Shown piece after piece: positions 30,658 through 37,247 of a stretch of 37,247 nt of DNA (positions are counted from its first letter, which is position 1; each line of letters begins with the position of its first letter). A program made the translations under genes and the position numbers. The stretch lies in the IMG/VR virus record IMGVR_UViG_3300045988_069188; one strand, 5' to 3'. The notes under the pieces were generated by a model, which searched no databases, was not told the origin of the DNA, and saw only the letters and a list, made by a program, of their open reading frames with translations. This DNA is from a virus.

Positions 30658-33009
30658 TTGGAAGTATTTAAGATACTGGGACGAATCGCAGTATCAAATG
30701 AAGATGCGAATGAGAAAATTGAAGAGACTGGCGACAAGGCAGAGAAGACAACCAAAAAGATGAGTTCTGTGTTTGGCAATATCGGCAAGTTTGCGCTCAA
30801 GGCAGCAAAGGTCGCCGTGGTTGCAACAACGGCTGTGGCCACTGGAATAGCTGGCATTACTGCTAAGGCTGTAAGCGAGTATGCAGACTATGAGCAGCTT
30901 GTCGGTGGTGTCGAGACACTGTTCAAGGACAGTTCAGATAAGGTTGTTGAGTATGCAAATAATGCATATAAGACGGCGGGGCTGTCGGCGAACGAGTACA
31001 TGGACACTGTAACAAGCTTTTCAGCGTCGCTGCTCCAGGGATTGGGCGGTGACACGGAAAAGGCGGCTGAAACTGCAAATCTGGCCATAACAGACATGTC
31101 GGATAATGCAAACAAGATGGGTACTGATATGGCATCTATACAGAATGCATATCAGGGTTTTGCTAAGCAAAACTACACGATGTTAGATAATCTCAAGCTT
31201 GGCTATGGCGGTACTGCATCCGAGATGGCTAGGCTTATCAATGATTCTGGTGTACTCGGTGACACCATGACTGTGACAGCAGATAATGTCAATAGTGTAT
31301 CGTTTGATAAGATGATAGAGGCTATTCATGTTGTACAGACTGATATGGGGATAACAGGCACAACCGCAAAAGAGGCAGCCACTACAATACAGGGATCTAT
31401 CGGCATGATGAAGTCTGCATGGACGAATCTGCTCACAGGAATGGCCGACCCATCACAGGACATGGGAGTGCTGATCAATAACCTTGTTGATTCTGTGATG
31501 GCTGTAGCTGATAACCTTGTACCACGAATAGCAGACACACTGCCAAGGATAGTTACAGGTATATCAAGTCTTGCACAGAAATTGGCACCATATATACCGC
31601 CACTTATAGAACAGATACTGCCATCACTGATACAGGGCGCAACATCGTTGCTGTCCGAATTGGTGAATAACCTTCCTGGCATACTTGAAACCTTGTTGCC
31701 GGGTATAGGTGGAGAACTGGGGCAGACACTTACATCTGCATTACAGTCTATATTCGGAACTTTGCAAGCTATTTTGCCTACTATATTATCCCTTGTTAAT
31801 ACACTGTTACCACCATTATTGCAGATAGTTCAGACGATTTTGCCGCCACTTACGAATGTGATCAATATGCTTTTGCCGCCTATTGTGCAGATAGTGTCGC
31901 AGATTCTTCCTATTTTGATTTCAATTTTGCAGCCGGTATTGGAATTATTGCAGCCAATACTTGATCTGCTCAATCCAATTATAAGTTTAATCTTAATGAT
32001 ATTAGATCCATTGATGGAACTTATCAATATGATCCTGCCTCCGCTTGTTGAGGTGATAAGTTTGATATCAGAAGAGATACTCGGAGTGCTGAAACCGATA
32101 CTTGAATGGTTTTGCGAGATGCTTGAAATCACATTGGGAGCAGCGATTATTGCAATTATGGCAGTTATCAACAACTGTCGTAAATCGTTTTCAATGGCTT
32201 GGAAAGGCATTAAGAAAGTCTGGAATGCAGCACCTGCCTTTTTTAAAGGCATATGGAATGGTATAAAATCAGCATTTGCAGCAGTAGGAAAGTTTTTTAA
32301 AGGCATCTTTACAACAGCGTGGAATGGAATTAAGAGTGTTTGGTCTGCTGTTACTGGTTTCTTCAGCGGAATATGGAACGGCATCAAGGGAATATTCTCA
32401 GCTGTTGGCACATGGTTTAGTGGTATTTTCGGCAAGGCTTGGGCTGGTATCAAGAATGCATTTTCACCGATGGTTAAGTTCTTTTCAGATACATGGCAGA
32501 AGATTAAGGATATCTTTTCCAAGGTTGGAACAGCTATCGCAGATGGCATCAAGGGAGCCGTTACAGCAGCTATCAATGGCATATTAGGTACAGCGACAAA
32601 GATCATTAATGGTTTTATATCTGCAATCAATGCTTGTATATCCGTTATTAATGCGATTCCGGGAGTATCAATTAATAAGCTTGATAAATTGAATGCACCA
32701 CAGCTTGCAGAAGGTGGTGTACTTAAGAAAGGTCAGGTCGGTATACTTGAAGGTAATGGAGCTGAGGCTGTTGTGCCGCTTGAGAAGAATACAGAATGGA
32801 TCAGTAAGGTAGCAGATCAGATGGCAGCAGCAACAGGAAGAACAGTAGACAATGAATCAGAGTTATCAAAGGTTCTGTATTTGATTCTTGATGTGGTAAG
32901 ACATATTGATGAAAATATGTATGAATACATGGTAAGAGCACTTACAGAAGGTACGAAGCTTAAGATTGATGGTAGAGAATTTGGAAGGATGGTGAGAACA
33001 TATGCTTGA
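30658..33009 (+). CDS. Tail tape measure protein
   Basis: 783 aa with a TTG start after AGGAAAGGGGG. N-terminal TMP motifs; a long L/I/P-rich helical region; about six tandem WNGIK..F..V..FF-type repeats at aa ~520-640 (nt ~32200-32580). Confidence 0.92.
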   Translation: MEVFKILGRIAVSNEDANEKIEETGDKAEKTTKKMSSVFGNIGKFALKAAKVAVVATTAVATGIAGITAKAVSEYADYEQLVGGVETLFKDSSDKVVEYANNAYKTAGLSANEYMDTVTSFSASLLQGLGGDTEKAAETANLAITDMSDNANKMGTDMASIQNAYQGFAKQNYTMLDNLKLGYGGTASEMARLINDSGVLGDTMTVTADNVNSVSFDKMIEAIHVVQTDMGITGTTAKEAATTIQGSIGMMKSAWTNLLTGMADPSQDMGVLINNLVDSVMAVADNLVPRIADTLPRIVTGISSLAQKLAPYIPPLIEQILPSLIQGATSLLSELVNNLPGILETLLPGIGGELGQTLTSALQSIFGTLQAILPTILSLVNTLLPPLLQIVQTILPPLTNVINMLLPPIVQIVSQILPILISILQPVLELLQPILDLLNPIISLILMILDPLMELINMILPPLVEVISLISEEILGVLKPILEWFCEMLEITLGAAIIAIMAVINNCRKSFSMAWKGIKKVWNAAPAFFKGIWNGIKSAFAAVGKFFKGIFTTAWNGIKSVWSAVTGFFSGIWNGIKGIFSAVGTWFSGIFGKAWAGIKNAFSPMVKFFSDTWQKIKDIFSKVGTAIADGIKGAVTAAINGILGTATKIINGFISAINACISVINAIPGVSINKLDKLNAPQLAEGGVLKKGQVGILEGNGAEAVVPLEKNTEWISKVADQMAAATGRTVDNESELSKVLYLILDVVRHIDENMYEYMVRALTEGTKLKIDGREFGRMVRTYA

Positions 33010-33826
33010 GAATATAAAATATGTAAATAGTCAGGGGAATGTTCTTGAATTTGGAAAGAAATATATCTTTGCAAACGGAAATGACCTTCGAGACTATCAG
33101 TGGATCTATGATAGTGATCGGAAAAGTGTAGAGAATTTTCGAAAGAAAATTACAGAAAAGACGCTTCCGATCACTATTTGTTGCCCGACTCCGAGGATAT
33201 GCAGGAATGTAAAGAATGATATGTTTGAACTGTTTGAACAGGATATCATCAATGAAGTGCCTGGAAAACTGTATATTGGCAATTATTACCTTGAATGTTT
33301 TATTTACGCAAGTGATAAGTCAGAGTATTTGGTAGGGCCATATACAAAGTTATCTTTAAAGGTTGTAACAATTACAGATACATGGGTGAAAGATGAATTG
33401 TTCCAGTATCGATATGAAACGATAGAATCAGATGATAGTGGACGTGGGTATTCATATGGTTATGAATATGATTATTCCGCTTCACCAGGGAATGCTACAC
33501 AGTTTGCAAATAGTAATTTTAATGAGGCAGAATTTATTATGACCATCTATGGATATGCGCAGAATCCGGCTATATCAATAGGTGGTCATATATATGCGTT
33601 AAACTATACTATTCAGGCTGGTGAAAGAGTAGAGATTGATTCAAAACGGCAGACTATAAGGCTATATAAAATGAATGGAGCAACTGTAAATATATTCCGA
33701 TTCAGAGACAGAAAGAATGATATATTTCACAAAATTAAATCCGGAGAACAGGCTATATATTGGAATGCGGATTTTAATTTTGATTTGCTTTTGAAAGCTG
33801 AAAGGAGTGAACCGATTTGGATGTGA
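33002..33826 (+). CDS. Distal tail protein (Dit, Sipho_tail family)
   Basis: 274 aa directly after the TMP with an overlapping start. N-terminus reads MLENIKYVNSQGNVLEFGK....ANGNDLRDYQW. Confidence 0.7.
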   Translation: MLENIKYVNSQGNVLEFGKKYIFANGNDLRDYQWIYDSDRKSVENFRKKITEKTLPITICCPTPRICRNVKNDMFELFEQDIINEVPGKLYIGNYYLECFIYASDKSEYLVGPYTKLSLKVVTITDTWVKDELFQYRYETIESDDSGRGYSYGYEYDYSASPGNATQFANSNFNEAEFIMTIYGYAQNPAISIGGHIYALNYTIQAGERVEIDSKRQTIRLYKMNGATVNIFRFRDRKNDIFHKIKSGEQAIYWNADFNFDLLLKAERSEPIWM

Positions 33827-34782
33827 TCTATACAGACCGAAATCTTAATGATGAAGGTTGCCTGCATCATTATAATATTGATCTTGATATTGCAAATGAG
33901 AAGAATTTTGAGATCACAGTTGGTATTAAGAATAATGTCATGCGTGGAGGCTATTGGTGGTATGTCAATGATACGGAGTATGGTGGTGTTGTAGATTCCG
34001 TAAAAGTGATAACGGAGAATAATGAGATCAGATATTCAGGCAGAAGTTTCAGGGGAGTACTTATGAGTAAGATCATAGAGCCTCCGTCTGGGGCAGCCTA
34101 CCGGATTGTATCAGGAGATGCTGGAAACATTATTCAGGATCTTATAAATTTATGTGGACTGTCAGCGGTATTTGCTGCCGAACGTATTGGATACACAGTA
34201 AAAACATTTCGGTTTGACCGATACATAGATCTATATACCGGGTTAGTTAAGCTTGGTAAAGCTATAGGTATGAATTTGTACTTAATCGTTAAAAATGGAA
34301 TAGTTCATGTATCATATGTGCCGTTAGTTGATTATTCCGACCGGATAGAATACAACCAGAACGATATTAATTTCACTATTGAGAAGACATATAGAGGTGT
34401 AAATCATCTTATATGTCTTGGTAAAGGAGAACTTCAGGATAGAACTGTAGTGCATTTATATGCTGATGCAAATGGGAATATAAGCACATCTCAACGTCTA
34501 TATGGAATTGAGGAATATGTGAGCACTTATGAGAACACATCTGCAGAATCTGATGAGGACCTTGTCTCTGGTGGAACAGAGAGATTGCAGGAATTAATAG
34601 GAGCTGATGCATTTGCAGTTACAAGTAGTGATACTGAGCAACATATAGGTGATATAATTGGCGGATATGAAAGCGTGACAGATTCCTATGTAATAAGCAG
34701 TATCACAAATATAATAGTCAAGTTAGATGATGATACAGTTGATATATCATATAGTGTAGGTGATGCTACACGGAAAGGATAA
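33817..34782 (+). CDS. Tail-associated protein (Tal position; ReqiPepy6 Gp37-like)
   Basis: 321 aa with a TTG start. Follows Dit. No lytic domain is recognisable. Confidence 0.55.
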   Translation: MDVIYTDRNLNDEGCLHHYNIDLDIANEKNFEITVGIKNNVMRGGYWWYVNDTEYGGVVDSVKVITENNEIRYSGRSFRGVLMSKIIEPPSGAAYRIVSGDAGNIIQDLINLCGLSAVFAAERIGYTVKTFRFDRYIDLYTGLVKLGKAIGMNLYLIVKNGIVHVSYVPLVDYSDRIEYNQNDINFTIEKTYRGVNHLICLGKGELQDRTVVHLYADANGNISTSQRLYGIEEYVSTYENTSAESDEDLVSGGTERLQELIGADAFAVTSSDTEQHIGDIIGGYESVTDSYVISSITNIIVKLDDDTVDISYSVGDATRKG

Positions 34783-34785
34783 GTA

Positions 34786-35784
34786 ATGAAAATAGTAACA
34801 GGAAAAACCGGAGTAAATCATGTAACGGCAGATGATGACCGAGCGTTGAATCTTGGAATCATTGGAAAAGATAACTATGTGCTGCCAGTTGGAGATATGT
34901 TCAAGTTGACTATGGTCGATGTCAATACTGCAAGAGTATCCTGTGGGGATCTGGTTATGAAAGGGTGTCATGCTCGGATCCCTGCAGGAGATTATGACGA
35001 TCTTATGATTGACAGCGGCAGTCAAGGATACAACCGGAAAGATCTTATTGTAGCAAAGTACAAAAAAGACACTGGCATTGAAAATGTAACACTTGAAGTA
35101 ATTAAAGGTACACCATCTGCAGGGACAGCAGAAACACCAGAATATCCGACAGGAAGTATATATTGGGGAGCAGCAGAAGATACCTTCCCACTGTATGAGA
35201 TTAATATCAATGGTATTAATATAGGAACAGTAAAACCTCTTTTTGAGATATTATATTCAAGGCTGTCATCGGTTTACACAAAGGCAGAGACGGATGATCA
35301 TATAAAAAATGCTGTTGATAAGGAGACACAGGCAAGAACATTTGCTATTAATGGAGTAAAAAGTGACATATTATCATTGTCAAAAAAAGATACTGAACTT
35401 TCACAAGGTATAGATGATAATAAAAATAAACTGGATGCTGTAAACGAAGATATAGAATCCGTAAAGGCTTCTGTAAAGAACTTATCTGACAAACATACTG
35501 ATGACATTAATAATGTTAAGGAAAGCATCAGTGCAGTGGCTGCAGATGTATTAAAGTTACAGAATGTTGATAACAAATACAGTGCAGAGTTCACAAATAT
35601 AGCAGGTGTAATGTCATTGCCGTTGCTGCCGGATGAAACAAAAGTGTCAACTATAGCGGATGTAAGAAAGGTACTTGATCCGCTTGTAGCCTCTCTGCAT
35701 GACGGATTTATTAATCTTGCAAAAATCAAGATAGAATCTGGTGGAAGTGTTATAAATCCCGGTGACGGTGTGATCGGATCATAG
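34786..35784 (+). CDS. Tail fibre / receptor-binding protein candidate
   Basis: 332 aa. Last structural gene before the holin. C-terminal half has coiled-coil character (DKETQARTFAINGVKSDILSLSKKDTELSQGIDDNKNKLDAVNEDIESVKASVKNL). Confidence 0.6.
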   Translation: MKIVTGKTGVNHVTADDDRALNLGIIGKDNYVLPVGDMFKLTMVDVNTARVSCGDLVMKGCHARIPAGDYDDLMIDSGSQGYNRKDLIVAKYKKDTGIENVTLEVIKGTPSAGTAETPEYPTGSIYWGAAEDTFPLYEININGINIGTVKPLFEILYSRLSSVYTKAETDDHIKNAVDKETQARTFAINGVKSDILSLSKKDTELSQGIDDNKNKLDAVNEDIESVKASVKNLSDKHTDDINNVKESISAVAADVLKLQNVDNKYSAEFTNIAGVMSLPLLPDETKVSTIADVRKVLDPLVASLHDGFINLAKIKIESGGSVINPGDGVIGS

Positions 35785-35800
35785 AAAGGAGAATGAAAAT

Positions 35801-36223
35801 ATGAAACAGGTTATATGTACAGTGATCGGAGCGGTTGGCTCCGGTATAGCAGCATTGTTTGGAGGATGGGACACCGGATTGGTGTCTCTTTTAATTTTCA
35901 TGGGGCTTGACTATATAAGTGGGCTGGTGGTGGCCGGAGTATTTCATAAGAGCAACAAGACTAATACAGGATCGCTTGAAAGCAAGACTTGCTGGAAAGG
36001 CTTATGCCGCAAATGTATGACGCTTGTATTTGTTCTTGTGTCGTACCGGCTTGATTTGATAATCGGCACAAACTATATCAGAGATGCGGTGATCATAGCA
36101 TTTATTGCAAACGAACTGATATCACTTGTCGAGAACGCTGGTCTTATGGGTGTGCCACTTCCGGCAGTGATCACAAAAGCCATTGATATATTGCAGAAAA
36201 AATCAGAAGAAAGTGAGGAATAA
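35801..36223 (+). CDS. Holin (Phage_holin_4_1 / toxin-secretion holin family)
   Basis: 140 aa. GGWDTGLVSLLIFMGLDYISGLVVAG...KGLCRKCMTLVFVLVS...IANELISLVENAGLMGVPLP is the family signature, with 3-4 TM segments. Confidence 0.9.
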   Translation: MKQVICTVIGAVGSGIAALFGGWDTGLVSLLIFMGLDYISGLVVAGVFHKSNKTNTGSLESKTCWKGLCRKCMTLVFVLVSYRLDLIIGTNYIRDAVIIAFIANELISLVENAGLMGVPLPAVITKAIDILQKKSEESEE

Positions 36224-36226
36224 AAG

Positions 36227-37072
36227 ATGAGTATTATTGAAAAGATTATAAGCACGGCAAAGAGCCAGATCGGAACCTGTGAGCCGAGCGGTGACGACAA
36301 ATATATTAAAGTATACAACGAAGCGACAGGATCAACATTTGGAATGGATGTTGCGTGGTGCGCTATCTTCGTAACATGGGTTATGATCATATGCAATGTT
36401 GCAAAAGAGGTTGTCTTAAGATTCGCAAGCTGTACAGCCGGGATGAAGTGGTTCATCAAGCAGGGCAGATGGAAGAATGCAAAGGCTTATGGTGGCACAT
36501 ACACACCAGTTCCGGGCATTTTGATTTTCTTTTCCAAGGGACATAAGCTGACAGATCCGTCGCACGTTGGAATTGTGACGAAAGTAACATCTACATATGT
36601 ATATACAGTAGAGGGAAATACTTCAGATGCCGTTCACGAACGCAAATACTTATTAAATGATCCGTACATCATCGGATATGGTGTGCCGTCATATGCTGAC
36701 AATGTTAAAGCAGACATAAAAGATAATGATACCGGATACCAGACCATTGAGGTCAAGAAAGGCGACACGCTTTGGGAAATTGCCGCAAGGTATCTCGGTG
36801 ACGGTTCACGGTATAGAGAGATCATGAGTTTAAACTCACTTACAAGTGCAACGATCCATCCGGGCTTAGTTCTCAGCATTCCAGGCACGAACGCATCAGC
36901 GAATGAGGCAGCAAAGAAGACAAAGACATACACCGTCAAGAAAGGTGATACCTTATGGGATATTGCTGCAAAGTATCTGAAGAATGGTAGCCGGTATGTT
37001 GAGATCATGAGCCTGTCGAAGATCACCACCACGATTCATGTAGGACAGGTTCTGACATTGCCAGCAGCTTAG
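36227..37072 (+). CDS. Endolysin: N-terminal CHAP domain plus two C-terminal LysM repeats
   Basis: 281 aa. Catalytic Cys context DVAWCAIFVTWV and His context PSHVGIVTKV...TVEGNT. Two LysM units: KKGDTLWEIAARYLGDGSRYREIMSLN and KKGDTLWDIAAKYLKNGSRYVEIMSLS. Confidence 0.93.
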   Translation: MSIIEKIISTAKSQIGTCEPSGDDKYIKVYNEATGSTFGMDVAWCAIFVTWVMIICNVAKEVVLRFASCTAGMKWFIKQGRWKNAKAYGGTYTPVPGILIFFSKGHKLTDPSHVGIVTKVTSTYVYTVEGNTSDAVHERKYLLNDPYIIGYGVPSYADNVKADIKDNDTGYQTIEVKKGDTLWEIAARYLGDGSRYREIMSLNSLTSATIHPGLVLSIPGTNASANEAAKKTKTYTVKKGDTLWDIAAKYLKNGSRYVEIMSLSKITTTIHVGQVLTLPAA

Positions 37073-37137
37073 TATTGTGATAATATATAAGTGCTTATAT
37101 AAATAAGGAAAGAACAGGATACCTTAGAGAAACGAGG

Positions 37138-37157
37138 TAAGACACATACAAGACACA
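37138..37157 (+). repeat. Two further (T/C)AAGACACA repeats; putative opposite arm of attP
   Basis: taagacaca at 37138-37146 and caagacaca at 37149-37157, in the same orientation as the four copies at 98-140. Confidence 0.5.
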
Positions 37158-37192
37158 AAACCATTAAAATAGTAAGGTTTTAAGCCATTTCT

Positions 37193-37247
37193 TGTTTCCG
37201 TAGAGGAAGCAGCAAAGGCTGGTAAGTTCTAAAAAAGCTAGTATTTA
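37193..37247. repeat. Terminal direct repeat, copy 2 (identical to 1-55)
   Basis: Direct comparison of both window ends. Confidence 0.97.

Larger units (their letters stand above)
1..37247. mobile_element. Complete temperate tailed-phage (siphovirus-like) genome or prophage; 37,192 bp unique sequence
   Basis: Lysogeny, recombination/replication, DNA modification, packaging, head, tail and lysis modules appear in canonical order. The 55-nt ends are identical. Only the lysogeny operon is on the minus strand. Confidence 0.93.

Noticed and set aside
31830-32630. 266-aa minus-strand ORF
   Set aside because: It is entirely antisense to the repeat-rich tape measure gene, has low-complexity I/P/A-rich composition and no RBS. 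It is an artefact of the biased sense-strand sequence.
34786-35784. Diversity-generating retroelement targeting the tail fibre
   Set aside because: No reverse transcriptase gene and no template/variable repeat pair were seen anywhere in the window.
35298-36459. Minus-strand ORFs 35298-35729 and 36073-36459
   Set aside because: They are antisense to the fibre, holin and endolysin genes, all of which have clear family signatures. No RBS.

Overview
The window is one complete temperate siphovirus-type dsDNA phage genome. Positions 1-55 and 37193-37247 are identical, so the unique sequence is 37,192 bp. The window is therefore either a circularly closed assembly or a prophage cut at its att duplication. 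GGAGG-type RBSs, frequent TTG/GTG starts, a CHAP+2xLysM endolysin and a holin_4_1-type holin point to a Firmicutes/Clostridia host (inference). Layout across the circular junction: attP-like region with six phased TARRACACA repeats. The leftward lysogeny operon (3685->184) holds an XRE repressor, a small ImmA-like protein, a 522-aa membrane-anchored DUF4041/T5orf172-type protein and a tyrosine integrase. A divergent switch region carries repeated GTTAAAC operator motifs. Rightward early genes are Cro-like, Xis-like HTH, YqaJ exonuclease, DUF1351, RecT, DUF1064, a replisome organiser with internal palindromic iterons, and a G39P-like helicase loader. Next come a PAPS-reductase-family protein translationally coupled to a large C5-cytosine methyltransferase, then small accessory genes (two YopX paralogues, zinc ribbons, a very acidic protein). 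A sigma-like late activator and an activator-type late promoter with a structured leader precede TerS/TerL/portal. Two fibre-like genes sit between the portal and a 634-aa MuF (gp7-like) head protein fused to an anthrax-LF-like zincin domain. That gene is followed by a small immunity-like gene and twin terminators. The rest is scaffold, capsid, connectors, tail, tape measure, Dit, Tal-like, fibre, holin and endolysin. No tRNA, rRNA, CRISPR array or reverse transcriptase was seen. The best candidates for new biology are the lysogen-expressed DUF4041/T5orf172 gene, the MuF-zincin plus immunity-like cassette, and the PAPS-reductase/methyltransferase pair. All family assignments come from motif recognition by eye and need HMM or structure confirmation.
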